DNA of 59,140 nucleotides, the filler included. It is 9 parts of 9 records of this genome, joined end to end, with 100 filler letters (N's around TTAATTAATTAA, not from the genome) between each part and the next. Parts side by side here need not be neighbours in the genome. Positions count along the whole stretch, not along the records: positions 39,666 to 45,019 come from SRR31147125_13326; positions 45,120 to 50,584 come from SRR31147125_13338; positions 50,685 to 59,140 come from SRR31147125_13339; 6 more parts are not named here. One strand, 5' to 3'. The position numbers and the translations under genes were made by a program. This document shows, one piece after another, positions 42,386 to 55,071 of this stretch. The notes beneath the pieces were generated by a model. That model saw only the letters and a list, made by a program, of their open reading frames with translations, was not told where the DNA came from and did not search any database. The number at the start of each line of letters is the position of its first letter. Within the stretch, counting starts at the first letter, position 1.

Positions 42386-43573
42386 TTAAACATCCGAAGC
42401 CTTTACTAAAGGAATCATTCGGATTGTATTGGCAGGACAAATTGCAGCACAGGCACCGCAACCAACACATTTTGAAAGATTGGCAACTGGCTCCATTACC
42501 AATGATTTTCCGGATGGTAAAATATGAATGGCATCGTACGGACAAACCGATTTGCAACGGTCGCATTCTTTCAATTCCGTTAATAGACAATTCCCCAGCT
42601 CTATTTCTATACTCGCAATAAAAAGTTGTTTTTTGGCTTCCAGGCTAAATGGAGAAATTGAGCCGGTTGGACAAACCGTTCCGCAGAGATTACAGTCTTC
42701 CAGGCAATAACCTTTTTTGTCGAATTTAATTTCCGGGGTCATAAAGGCTGCTAAATTTTCCGTTGCGGTATGATGCTCAATAATATTAGTAGGGCAAACC
42801 TTAATGCAGTTTCCGCAACGAGTGCAAAGGGTGTTAAACAAATTACCTGAAACAGAAGCCGGAGGTCGAAAAAAAGTTTTGCTTCCCGGCCTCAAAATCT
42901 TTGGTATAAAAGCTCCGGCCAGCAGCCCGGCACCCGTTGCAAGAAATATTCTCCTACCAAAAGAACTTTCATTTCTATTTCTTTCTTCTTTACGAAAAAT
43001 ACCAACCAGCAACTTTCTTAGTTTTGTTAGCTCATCGAAAAGGCCACCGAGCGGACACAATTTTCCACACCAAATTCCGGGTAGAAACAAATGCGCGATG
43101 AGCAAAACGGGCAATCCTGACATTGCGAGCACTGCAGTCAACGAAAAATCGGAAGTGAAAGCTGCAAAGAATCCGTTGAAAACAGACATCGGATCGAGAA
43201 GGATAAAAAGTGGGATTCCGGTTAATGCAGCTCCCAAAGAAATTAAAGCCACCCACCGCCCCAGTTGGGGGAACTTTTTCACTCTTGTATTTTTTCGCCC
43301 TCCCCATTTTGAGAAGGTGTCGCAGCCCAAACCTACCGGACACAAGTAGCGGCAAAACCAACGGTTCCGAACAAATGAGACGACCAGAATTATCCAGGCT
43401 GCTATATTAAAAATCACCATCGATTTCAGCAATAACAGCGAATTCAGCATGACAAACGGACTCAACCACATATAAAATCCGGTAAGCCATTTCCATTGTA
43501 AGGGAAGCGCCAGCACAACTGCCACAACAAACGAAATCAACCGGATTGTATTTGGATTTTTTAGTCTGTTCAT
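42386..43573 (-). CDS. Membrane 4Fe-4S binding protein (NapH/MauN-like TM part fused to a NapF/MauM-like polyferredoxin)
   Basis: WFCRYLCPVG and WCGKLCPLG CxxxCP motifs; RPP..; several CxxCxxCxxxCP-type clusters. Confidence 0.85.
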   Translation of the reverse strand: MNRLKNPNTIRLISFVVAVVLALPLQWKWLTGFYMWLSPFVMLNSLLLLKSMVIFNIAAWIILVVSFVRNRWFCRYLCPVGLGCDTFSKWGGRKNTRVKKFPQLGRWVALISLGAALTGIPLFILLDPMSVFNGFFAAFTSDFSLTAVLAMSGLPVLLIAHLFLPGIWCGKLCPLGGLFDELTKLRKLLVGIFRKEERNRNESSFGRRIFLATGAGLLAGAFIPKILRPGSKTFFRPPASVSGNLFNTLCTRCGNCIKVCPTNIIEHHTATENLAAFMTPEIKFDKKGYCLEDCNLCGTVCPTGSISPFSLEAKKQLFIASIEIELGNCLLTELKECDRCKSVCPYDAIHILPSGKSLVMEPVANLSKCVGCGACAAICPANTIRMIPLVKASDV

Positions 43574-43604
43574 TTATAATCTGGCTTCCACTTTTTTTGT
43601 TGTT

Positions 43605-44945
43605 TTATCCAAACCACACATTCTGTTCTTCCAAAACTTTTCTTAATTTTTTCCTTTCTATATCTCGTGGCGTTACCCGGTTATTTGCAGCAATAGCGGC
43701 TGCAGCACCAGCACCATGCCCTGTTATCAGGCAGGTTCCAATAATCCGTGTATCTTCGGCCAGCGATTGTTCGAAACCAAAACAACGCCCCGCCACCAAT
43801 AAGTTTTCCGTTTTCTTTGGCAATAACGAACGGTAAGGAATTTGCCACAAAGGGCGTTCGTTTGGCATAACTTTGTTTCCATTGTACAACATCGAAGTCC
43901 ATGCGCCACTTATACCTATTACATCGTCGAACTTACGGAAGGTCATAGTATCTTCAAGCGTAAGTTTATATTCTGCATCTACAATGCGCGACATTCTGAC
44001 TCCAATTTGAGAAGCAGTATCGAGAAGAAAAACCTCTTCGTAACCAGGCACCTGTTTCAATTGCTCTACACTTTCCCATATTTCTTTCCGGTATTGTAGC
44101 TGTAGTTTCGAAAGATTCTGCGTATCTACTCCGTTCTGGTTATCGAGGCCATGCATATTCACCCAATTTACACTCGGAATTGGCGTTGGGCCACCAATCG
44201 GCATTTCCTTGTATCCCGGTTTATTTTTGTCAATCCTATCAATATTTCCCAACCGGTGCACCAGCCCAATATGATAATTCATCGTTTCATACAATTCTCC
44301 TGCCCAGTGAAAAACATCGCCATCACCTGTGCAGTCAACAACTACTTTAGCCAAAACCGCCTGGCGCCCGGATTTGCTTTCAATGAATACTCCTTTTATG
44401 GTGTTACCGTCCATTATGGCATTGGCTCCCATTGAATGATACAACATTTTCACTCCCGATTCGCTGATCATTTCATCCAAGACATACTTTCCTGCTTCTG
44501 GATCAATTACCGGATTCACCTCATGAATGGCCATTCCAAGGTCGAAAAGTCGTTGTGCCATTTCGCCACCTAAACCGTGAATAACCTGTTTCCTTCGTTT
44601 TTGCTTATCGACAGCATGGGTTGATAAAAGGGGCAGAACAAGCCCACCGGTCCACAAACCTCCCAAATGGTTATACCTTTCTACCAGGTAGGTTTCGGCA
44701 CCCGCTCTACTTGCCGCTATGGCTGCTGCAACTCCGGCAGGACCACCACCAATTACCAGCACATCGGTTTCGGCAATTACCGGTATCTCGCGTACAGGTT
44801 CGGTTATAAATCTCTGCGATTCTGCTGCATCGGCGGCAGGCAGATTTGTTTGTTGAGTTCCTTCGATTTTGCGGCCACAACCTACTCCTAAAGAAAGAGC
44901 GCTGCCGGCCACAACTATTCTGGTGACAAAATCCCGACGTTTCAT
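43605..44945 (-). CDS. FAD-dependent oxidoreductase with Tat signal and probable lipobox
   Basis: MKRRDF Tat motif, GVGC, GGGPAG, VDCTGDGD, IPYRSLLP..NLLVAGRC. Confidence 0.88.
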   Translation of the reverse strand: MKRRDFVTRIVVAGSALSLGVGCGRKIEGTQQTNLPAADAAESQRFITEPVREIPVIAETDVLVIGGGPAGVAAAIAASRAGAETYLVERYNHLGGLWTGGLVLPLLSTHAVDKQKRRKQVIHGLGGEMAQRLFDLGMAIHEVNPVIDPEAGKYVLDEMISESGVKMLYHSMGANAIMDGNTIKGVFIESKSGRQAVLAKVVVDCTGDGDVFHWAGELYETMNYHIGLVHRLGNIDRIDKNKPGYKEMPIGGPTPIPSVNWVNMHGLDNQNGVDTQNLSKLQLQYRKEIWESVEQLKQVPGYEEVFLLDTASQIGVRMSRIVDAEYKLTLEDTMTFRKFDDVIGISGAWTSMLYNGNKVMPNERPLWQIPYRSLLPKKTENLLVAGRCFGFEQSLAEDTRIIGTCLITGHGAGAAAAIAANNRVTPRDIERKKLRKVLEEQNVWFG

Positions 44946-45019
44946 TGGCTAGTTAGTTTATCCCGCATTATGCATTAGAAAATCTATTGCGCACAGAAAC
45001 TACTTCAAAACAAGTCGTT

Positions 45020-45119
45020 NNNNNNNNNNNNNNNNNNNNNNNNNNNNNNNNNNNNNNNNNNNNTTAATTAATTAANNNNNNNNNNNNNNNNNNNNNNNNN
45101 NNNNNNNNNNNNNNNNNNN
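45020..45119. other. Artificial contig spacer
   Basis: 44 N + TTAATTAATTAA + 44 N. Confidence 0.99.
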
Positions 45120-46541
45120 TCACATGGGACGGTGTATGCACATTCCCGTTCCTTCAGCTTCTGATCGAGTTGCGCTGTGCCATCGATAGGAAGGTACAAT
45201 CTAAACGTGCTTCCGGCATCTGGGTGGGTCTGGAGCTGAATATACCCGGAGTGCGATTTGAGGATACCGTCGCTTACTGCCAATCCGAGGCCGATTCTAT
45301 CGTGGTGCTTCCGGCTTGAGAAGAAGGGCTGAAAAACGCGCTTGCGGTCATTGTCGGCAATACCGTGGCCGGAATCCTGGACAGTGATCACCAAGTAGTT
45401 GCCGCCCTTTTGAACGCCGCATCTCTCTTGCGGCGATTCCTGCTGCAGGGTTCGGACACATATTTTGAGATGGCCGCCACCAGGCATGGCTCTCGCGGCG
45501 TTTTCAACGAGCTCTTTAATGGCCCACTCCAGTTGCCATTGATTGACGTTGACCGATGGCAGGTTGTTACCAACCTGATATCGGGTCGTTATCTTGGGGT
45601 AACGCTTTTCCACGGTTCCAAGCAACCGACCGATCACCAGTTCTATCTTTACCTGTTTCTTTGTAATGTTTGCGAAGTCTCCAGCGTACATGCGCAATTG
45701 TTTGACGATATCCAGCCCACGATCAACCAGTGTAGTGATCGTTGATAAGCGCCGCTGGAGGCGCAGATCATCATCATTCGGGCTTACTATTGCGTTGCAA
45801 TGCTTACCGACAGACCGAAACAGCACCTCCAGGACTCTTGCTGTACTGCCGGCGATGAGTCGGGGACGTTGAACCCGGGATGCCCACTTGAGACGGGCCT
45901 CAAAATTCCAAGGATCCTCCTCCCCTTCTGTTGCATAACCTTCACACTTCATTTCGGATATCAGTTGATTCAATCGTATTCTTTTGGCGACTGTTCGACG
46001 CTCACCTAAAAACCAAGCACCATGTGGATCAAAAAGCCCCGCTTTGCAGCAAGTGCTCCATTTGCTCAACGCGAGCATATCTTGAATCGTCTTTGCGCAA
46101 CTGTAAGCGTATCAGGGAAGCATTCCCCCATATTCCCATCAACAGGTTGTTAAAATGGTGTGAAATGCCACGGATAAGGTTTCGCGCGACAATACTGTCG
46201 GTGTTTTGAACGTTGAAGCAGCTGCTGAAGTTTCCAGTTTCGCGCTGTTCATCCCCACTATCCTTGGCATGCAGCGCTTTTAATGACCTGACGCCCGTTT
46301 TTGGAAGAGGAAATCTGAATATTCGAGAGCCGGGTATTCTTGCCGATTCAATGCCAATAGTTGAAGCTACCCCATCGGTGCATTGAGGACCTGTTTCCAA
46401 GCCTTCAACAAAAATTGCGGTCATGATCGGCAATATGTCTTGTTCTTGATCAAGCCAGGAGCCATTGTCTTGCAGTGTCAGAGTCGCGGTCATATCAAAA
46501 TTCTCCAAAAAGAAATCCAATTCTATTTCAACGTTCTGCAC
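45120..46541 (-). CDS. Cytoplasmic sensor histidine kinase; two homopolymer frameshifts near 46010-46035; end reaches the contig edge
   Basis: GISHHFNNLL H-box in ORF 46029-46541; ELVENAARAM, DSGHG, FQPFFS, GLGL in ORF 45068-46078. Confidence 0.8.
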
Positions 46542-47022
46542 GACTTACAAAGCAATGACCGTACCACACATCGCAATAATTGGTTTTTTCTATATTTTCT
46601 GTTACTTATGCCAGTTCATTTTTCAACATACTGTTATTACGGTCAAAGTATTGACACTTGGGATCCGGCCGGCCGAAGACCCATATCGTCCTGGGGGGAC
46701 ACCAAATCGAATGTTTGCCGACAGTCTAAGATGTCCCCCTTTTCAGTGAAACGCCGATATCCAGCTTTTGCCGATCGTGCAACGATTGAGTTCCCAACAT
46801 TTTGATTGCATTGCCATTTCTAATCCTTGACACCTGAACCATCCGATGGCATACATTTCAGTATCACGTACAAATTTCACCCTTATATTAAGTTGTTGGT
46901 AAAGTTGGCTTCGTTAAGCGGCACATCGTCAGCGGTGAATCGACCGTTGGCGCAAACCGCAAATTGCTTCCTTCCGTTGTAGTGACGGATTCCTTCATAC
47001 AGGTTTAAAAACCACTGGCATC

Positions 47023-48380
<1,358 letters not shown>

Positions 48381-48470
48381 GTCCAATGCAGCGTGAGTCG
48401 GCGACGATAACCGGCCGTGACGGCCGTACTGCAGATCTATCCGCCAGCCAACCCCTTAGAGGAGTACGCT

Positions 48471-48920
48471 ATGTCCGACGGTTTGGATGTCATCATTGTG
48501 GACGATGATCCCGCTGTATGCGAGTTGATATCAGCCATCGTAAAACGATTCTATACCTGGGGAGATGTGCTGCCGTTTTACGATACCGAAGAGGCGATGA
48601 AGTACTGTAAGGGACGGGATATCGGTGTGGCCATCTTCATTGTCGACGTGTTTCTCGGAGGTGTCAGCGGTTTCTATTTCCTTGATGAGGTTGAAGAGCG
48701 CTTTCCCACCGCCCATTCGGATGCCATCATCATTACCGGCAATGCCAGCGATGACATTGTGAACATGTGCATCGCATCAGACGTCAACCACCTGCTCGAA
48801 AAGCCGGTCAAGCCGTATGCGCTTCAGCTCGCGGTGCGGGCCATCGCTGAAAAGTATCTCAAATTCGCAAAAAAACTGTTTCAAGATCCCGATTTCGCGA
48901 AGAATGTATCCGGCATCTGA
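48471..48920 (+). CDS. Stand-alone response regulator receiver protein
   Basis: IIVDDD, IVDVFL, ITG, EKP; GAGGAG RBS before ATG 48471. Confidence 0.85.
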   Translation: MSDGLDVIIVDDDPAVCELISAIVKRFYTWGDVLPFYDTEEAMKYCKGRDIGVAIFIVDVFLGGVSGFYFLDEVEERFPTAHSDAIIITGNASDDIVNMCIASDVNHLLEKPVKPYALQLAVRAIAEKYLKFAKKLFQDPDFAKNVSGI

Positions 48921-48987
48921 TTCTTTTCAAGCCTTGCACATACCGGTCTAAACCTAACCGTGGCCTCGCAGGCCGACAGCTCGTATC

Positions 48988-49710
48988 ATGGAAACCCCCG
49001 AACAGATAACCGGCCAAAAAATATCCGACCTCTTAACCTGGCTCGAAACATCGCGCCGGCTTGTCAAAATATCCTTGCCTCGAAAAGATTTTGATCGGCT
49101 GACGCTGGTTACCCGGAGGGGAGAACGGAACGGATCTCCAGCGTTCGCCATCGACCCACCGGAAGGCTTGATCGATGCAGCCTCGGCGCCCTCGAAGAAC
49201 CAACCGCCGACAATACAGTTTGAATTTTCCGGGGAAGACGGACTGCTGCACCGGTTTGAAAGCCCGATCGTTGCTCTCTCAGAACAACAAGTCTGGATGC
49301 GGCACCCTGAAGAGATACAACGCTACCAGATGCGGGACAACTTTCGGATCAAGGCGCCGTCAAACGCGGAACTGATAATGCAAATGGATGACAGTGAAGT
49401 CAGGATGGCTGTAGACAACATCAGTCTGGGGGGAATATTCTGCATCTGTTCGAAAAAGCTTTACGAACAGTTTTCGATCGATATGCCCTGTTACCGGCTC
49501 TCCCTGATCATCAATCTGATTGGCCGGAGCCACACCATTCCCATTGATCGTGCAGTGGTGAGACGGATTGAAAAAGGTGGTCGCCCCAACCATTTCGGTA
49601 TCGCATTTCAATTCAAGACCATTAAAAGCGACGCACGCAAACAACTCACAACGGCCATCTACGATTTACAGCGCCAATTCCTCAAGAACAGACTCCAACC
49701 CCAGAATTGA
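48988..49710 (+). CDS. PilZ-domain c-di-GMP receptor (YcgR/flagellar-brake-like)
   Basis: QMRDNFRI (RxxxR) and DNISLGG (D/NxSxxG). Confidence 0.88.
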   Translation: METPEQITGQKISDLLTWLETSRRLVKISLPRKDFDRLTLVTRRGERNGSPAFAIDPPEGLIDAASAPSKNQPPTIQFEFSGEDGLLHRFESPIVALSEQQVWMRHPEEIQRYQMRDNFRIKAPSNAELIMQMDDSEVRMAVDNISLGGIFCICSKKLYEQFSIDMPCYRLSLIINLIGRSHTIPIDRAVVRRIEKGGRPNHFGIAFQFKTIKSDARKQLTTAIYDLQRQFLKNRLQPQN

Positions 49711-49726
49711 CCCTTTGCGCCGAACG

Positions 49727-50168
49727 CTATTCCGGCACATAAGCACCCCTCGAAGCGTGCGATCTCCTTGGCGGCCGTCAGCAGTGTTTCAGACATGATC
49801 GGCTTCATTGGATGGGTTTGGGGCAGCCCATCCGCGAGCGCTTCGAGGGTTTTGACATCTGTTTTCAACTGTTGCATCGCCGGTTCGACCTCCCGAAGGG
49901 AAACCCGGCTATCGCCCAACAGCTGCTGATACTGCTCCAAAGCGTTGATCATCCTATCGGTATGCGCATACAGTTGCTCAACCGGCGCTTCCATCAATGG
50001 CTTGATGACCGGCTGAATTGAGACAGATGGCCGCACGCTCTCCGTTGGGGCGCTACCCACTGTCTTTTCAAGCACCTTTGAAAATGCCGAATCACCCTCC
50101 CCTGCCACGGAAGTCTCTTTTCGCACCGGCGCATTGGGCTGCAGATTGTTGTCACTGTTTATTTTCAC
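49727..50168 (-). CDS. Hypothetical protein (about 147 aa); GTG start; frameshift in the G run near the 3' end
   Basis: AAGGAGG RBS before GTG 50168. Adding one G gives the end ARFEGGAYVPE* and removes the overlap with the PilZ gene. Confidence 0.65.
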
Positions 50169-50217
50169 GGTCTGGCCTCCTTTTCTCGACCTGAAGTTTT
50201 TGTTTCCATCTTCACTG

Positions 50218-50234
50218 ATACAAATATCGTGCAA
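50218..50234 (-). promoter_or_regulatory. Possible sigma54 (-24/-12) promoter
   Basis: Minus strand TTGCACGATATTTGTA versus consensus TGGCACGNNNNTTGCW; two mismatches at key positions. Confidence 0.35.
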
Positions 50235-50584
50235 ACATTGGAAAAAAGTATTCTTTTTTTCTGCAACACCGTTTGAAAAACGCGTCATGGCACTGCCGGC
50301 AATCGGTCAGAATATCTGCAACCATTTATTTTATTTATATTTTAAGTCGATGCAATTGCGAATTGAAGAGCGTTTCCCTGTCCGTGAAAATAATCGGTCA
50401 CGCCCATTAGTCCTACAAGTCGACATGGGGCACATGCAAAGCACTTTTTGCCTTCAGGCGGAAAAATCTACCGCCAGAGCAAAGCGCCTGTTGTGAACCG
50501 AGCGAATTTTTAACCCGGCAACTAAAACCCCCATTAAACGTCACACCGGTGAAAGCCGGGCACGCAGTGAAGCTTCAGCGCTAT

Positions 50585-50684
50585 NNNNNNNNNNNNNNNN
50601 NNNNNNNNNNNNNNNNNNNNNNNNNNNNTTAATTAATTAANNNNNNNNNNNNNNNNNNNNNNNNNNNNNNNNNNNNNNNNNNNN
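50585..50684. other. Artificial contig spacer
   Basis: 44 N + TTAATTAATTAA + 44 N. Confidence 0.99.
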
Positions 50685-52551
50685 ATGGATATTGAGCTAT
50701 ACAAATGCCCCGTACGTTATATTGGCAATATGCCTTTTGTTATTTGGGGTTATTTTAAAAAAATACAGGACGAACATAACATATGACCATGAAGATGGAT
50801 TAAAAGTAATGGAAGTAAAAAACCTGAAAAAGCAGCTAACAGGTTTGGTACAAAAATATTACAATATGCCACTTAATACTCTGATGGATTTATGCTCGAT
50901 GCTCGCCAAGGAGGATATAGAAGAATCGAATAAATACAGAATAATTGAAGATATACTGTTTCAAGCAGATAACATAAGGAAAGGCATATATGAGATTAAT
51001 CAATATACTTTGCTTAATGGAAATAGCCTTCACATGGATATGGTTAGAATCAGCATGTATACCGTTATGCAGTCAGCTCTTTTAATGATGGAGCCTTTAA
51101 ATACAGTTGAAAAAGCAAACCATATAATGACTATGCATGATGCTGGATATGTATTGGGTGACCCTTATAGATTGGTGCAGGTTAATCGCCAACTGCTGAC
51201 CATTGTAAGAACTCTTAATCCTGTAAGTGTAATTAACATTACAATTGAAAAAAATAATAACAAAGTGTGGGTTCGGATTGAAACAAAGCTAAAAGATTTG
51301 CGTCCTAAATATATAAGAAGAATTGAAAAAATAATTAGATCAGGCAGGATTTCAGACAGCAATGCATTCAATTTTGATGTTGAGCTTGCGATAATTAGCC
51401 ATATAATCAAAATACACGAAGGAGATATATACTTTGAAGCAGCAAAAGAAAAAAATGCTGTTGAGATTGGCTATTCTCTGCCCACCTATAAGATTCATGA
51501 AATATCTCAGGCTGTATCCGAAGATGTGAAAACTGTTATGCCTCTAAAAGAAGGAATGCAGCAAATTGTAGTTATTAGCAGCATTAAAGAGCAAGCGGAA
51601 AAACTTAAATTATACTTAAGCTCTGAAGACTATAAAGTAAGTGTGTATAACAATGGCGTGGAGGCTATTAACAGCATAAAGGATGATAACGGGCTTTACT
51701 TGGTGGTTATTGGTGCGATGTTTTCGGACTTAAGTGAATATGATATGTGTCTTATGATTAGGAAACGATATTCGCTTAGACAGCTTCCAATATTGCTTAT
51801 AAGAAAAGATAATGCAATGGGATATGCGGACAACTTGCTTGATTTGGTAAATGATTATATATTTGAGCCGCTTGTAAGAAAGTACCTATTACAAAGGATA
51901 GAATCTATTTTCCTTTTGCAGGAGTCTATAAGACACGAACGCTTAATAATGCTTGATTTTTTACAATATCAAATGAAGCCGCATTTTATATTTAATACTA
52001 TAAGCTCCATTATGCAGCTATGCGTATGTGATCCTAAAAAAGCATATAATCTTCTTGAAGATTTTAGCGAATACTTAAGGGGATATTTATTTACCGGAGG
52101 CTTGCATAGCAAAGTTTCGCTTAAGTGGGAAATTGACTTAATCAAAGCTTATTTAAGCATAGAAAAGGCTAGGTTTGATGACCGCATTAAATATAATGTC
52201 AATATAAATTGCAATATGGAATATGAGATATACCCGCTGCTTATAGAGCCTATAGTTGAAAACTGTGTAAAACATGGCATGAATGATATGGAACCTATTA
52301 TAATCAGTGTTTTTATATCTTGTGTTGATAAATATATGCACGTGGAGGTAATAGATAATGGTGTGGGCATATCAGAAGAGCTATTGGAAAATATAAAGCA
52401 AAATGACTACAGCCAGTCTGTTGGATTGAGCAATCTAAAAAAACGCTTATGGGTGTATTACGGCGAGTCTCTTTTAATTGAAAGCACTAAAGGAAAGGGA
52501 ACAACAGTTAGATATAAAATACCGATTGCAAAAAAGGAGTCAGATAAATGA
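50685..52551 (+). CDS. Hybrid sensor kinase: degenerate kinase + pseudo-receiver + intact LytS-type kinase; 5' truncated
   Basis: C-terminal QMKPHFIFNT, EPIVENCVKHG, DNGVG, VGLSN; the upstream modules lack the canonical His and Asp. Confidence 0.85.
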
Positions 52552-53267
52552 GAGTTATGTTAATTGATGACGAGAAATTGGTTCTTAACAATTTAGCCTA
52601 CATTCTGGATGGCTTTAGCGAAGTCGAAGTTGTATCTGCTGATGAAAACGCAGTTGAGGCAGTTAAAAAAATATCTGAACTAAATCCGGATGCAATTTTT
52701 ATTGATATTAATATGCCCATTTTAAATGGGCTTGAAGTAGCAGAAAGAGCGTATCTTATAAATCCCAGCATAAAAATTGTGTTTATAACGGCATATGATG
52801 AGTATGCTGTGGATGCCTTTAGAGTAAACGCAGTTGATTATATTTTAAAACCTGTTACAACTTCAAAAATGAAATTAACAATAGATAGATTGCTCAAAGG
52901 TGATAATATAAAATCTTTGGATAAGGGCAAACATACAGCTACAAAGCTTGTGGCATATAAAAATGAAAAGATTTATATTGTCCCGCCTTATCAAGGTATA
53001 TATATTATGGTAAGCCAGCATAATACTTTTCTTTATACCAATTCCGACACATATACGCTTAAAAACAATTTAAACTATTGGGAAAACAAATTAAAATCAA
53101 ATCATTGGTTTAGATGTCATAGATCATTTTTAATAAATATCGACAGAGTCAAGATGATTTATCCTATGTTTAACAGCACTTATAGCATCAAAATGCAAGG
53201 AACCGACAAAGATATTCCTGTAAGCCGGACATATGTAAATGAGTTTAAGGAGCTGTTTGGATTATAA
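52548..53267 (+). CDS. LytTR family response regulator
   Basis: IDDE, IDINMP, FITAY, YILKP, FRCHRSFLIN, IPVSR. Confidence 0.95.
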   Translation: MRVMLIDDEKLVLNNLAYILDGFSEVEVVSADENAVEAVKKISELNPDAIFIDINMPILNGLEVAERAYLINPSIKIVFITAYDEYAVDAFRVNAVDYILKPVTTSKMKLTIDRLLKGDNIKSLDKGKHTATKLVAYKNEKIYIVPPYQGIYIMVSQHNTFLYTNSDTYTLKNNLNYWENKLKSNHWFRCHRSFLINIDRVKMIYPMFNSTYSIKMQGTDKDIPVSRTYVNEFKELFGL

Positions 53268-53279
53268 TATTTTATTCTC

Positions 53280-53372
53280 CTTGCATAACAAATTAAATTA
53301 TATGCGCTTTAGCCATTCTTTTATGCATTTCAAGCAAATGATATTAACATTAGCTTAATTACTCATTATAAT
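53280..53372 (+). promoter_or_regulatory. LytTR-type direct repeats and promoter of the catabolic operon
   Basis: CTTGCATAACA (53280), TATGCGCTTTA (53301), TATGCATTTCA (53322) at 21-bp period; TTAACA (53344), 17 nt, TATAAT (53367). Confidence 0.6.
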
Positions 53373-53451
53373 CTTACTATAATACAAATTTCACACAAAT
53401 TCAGATATGCAAATTTTAGCACAAATAGGGAGAAGGGAGAAGAAAATAATT

Positions 53452-55070
53452 ATGAATAGTTTGTTTAAAGTTGATGGGAAGCCTTTTTTTGCAATAGGGG
53501 GTCAGGCACATAATTCAAGCCCATACTCTGAGGGAACCATGTTTAAAGCTTGGAAAGCCATAAAAGCGCTGGGAATGAATTCTATAGCCGCACCAATTCA
53601 TTGGGCACAGATAGAACCAGAGCAGGGTAAGTATGATTTTAAGCAGATAGACCATCTTCTAAAGGGAGCGAGAGAAAATGATGTGAAGCTTATTTTGCTT
53701 TGGTTCGCATCATGGAAAAATGGTACATCACAATATGCACCTACTTGGGTAAAAAAAGATAAAGAGCGTTTCATATGGGTGGAAAATGCCCAGAACGTGA
53801 GAACCAGAGTGCTTTCTCCGGTGTGCGTTGAAACAAATAATGCAGATAAAAACGCATTTGCCCAAGTGATGAAGTATATAAAAGAAATTGATGATGAAAA
53901 AAGAATTATTGGCTTTCAGCTGCAAAATGAACCCGGGATGTTTGGAAGCCCCAGAGACTATTCGGATATAGGTGAAAAAGCGTATAGCCAGAGTGTAAAG
54001 CCGGAGCTTGTTGAGTGGTTAAACGAACTTAATGACTGCTATGTAAAGAAAGCATGGCAAGATAATGGTTCAAAACAGGAAGGCACATGGGAAGAATTGT
54101 TTGGATATGATGGACCGGAAATATACACCGCATATAGTTTTGCGACTTATATCGACAATGTTGCTGAGGCTGGCAAAAAATACTATGACTTGCCGATGTA
54201 CGTTAATGTGTGGATTAGAGAAGCGGAAAACAGAGTTCCCGGCATAGGATATCCCAGCGGAGGCCAGTTAGCACAATGCTGGACTTGTGGAAAAAGTTCA
54301 CACCCCATATAGATGCCCTTTGCCCGGATGTGTATATTCAGGATGCGTTTACATTTAAATCAGTGTGTGAAGCATATAGCAGGAGCGATAACCCGCTTTA
54401 TATTCCTGAATCGGCATCATCTACACTTGGCACGATAAACGCATTTAAAGCAATAGCAGAATATGGCTTAACGGGGATACATAGCTTTGGTGTGGATAGC
54501 CTTGTTGATAACGATGGCAATTTGAAAGAAGATGTTAAGGAATATGCTGATAGTGTAAAGTGTCTTACAAGCTTAAAACCACTTATTGAAAAATATCACG
54601 GAACTGATAAGTTGCATGCTGTAGGAAAGTATGAAGGGGCTGCTTTTCAGTTTATCGATTTTGGAGACTATTTTGGTGTTGTAAACTTTTTTGATTCAAC
54701 AGGTCTTTTTTCATTGATAACAACTCCTAATTTTTTGAATACATATTATGAAAACCCAGAAGATATGTTAACAAGGGCGAGAGGAATGATTATATACGAA
54801 GGTAATGGAGTTTTCTATTTGTCCGGTGCGGGATTTAAATTAATACTGACTCGCAAAGATAACGTTGAAACTATGACAAGCGTTGTTCGGGGCAACGATA
54901 TTATAAACACACGTCATATGGAGTATCTTTCTATAGATGAGGGATACATTGACAGTAACGGAAATTATATTGTCGATAATTCACGCTGTGGTGATGAAGC
55001 TGACTATGGGGTATGGGTGCATCCTGATGTAGGACTTGTTCGCATAGTCATGGACTTTGGGGGAAACTAA
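53452..55070 (+). CDS. GH35/GH42-like glycoside hydrolase with DUF5597-like C-terminus; frameshift near 54265
   Basis: GGQAHNSS, W.QIEPEQGKYDF, LWFASWKNG, QNEPG, YPSGG(P)V, PDVY, PLYIPES. Confidence 0.8.
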
Positions 55071-55071
55071 G

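Noticed and set aside
46651-46745. Possible c-di-GMP-I riboswitch (GGCAAAC on the minus strand, GGGGGACA/TGTCCCCC stem) near signalling genes
   Set aside because: It lacks the GAAA-tetraloop P2 stem and the following GCAAA/P3 arrangement; only a generic hairpin is supported.
46917-46961. Hairpin CGTCAGCGGT/ACCGTTGGCG in the NtrC gene leader as a riboswitch or sigma54 promoter
   Set aside because: No recognisable aptamer consensus, and the TGGC...TTGC spacing does not fit -24/-12.
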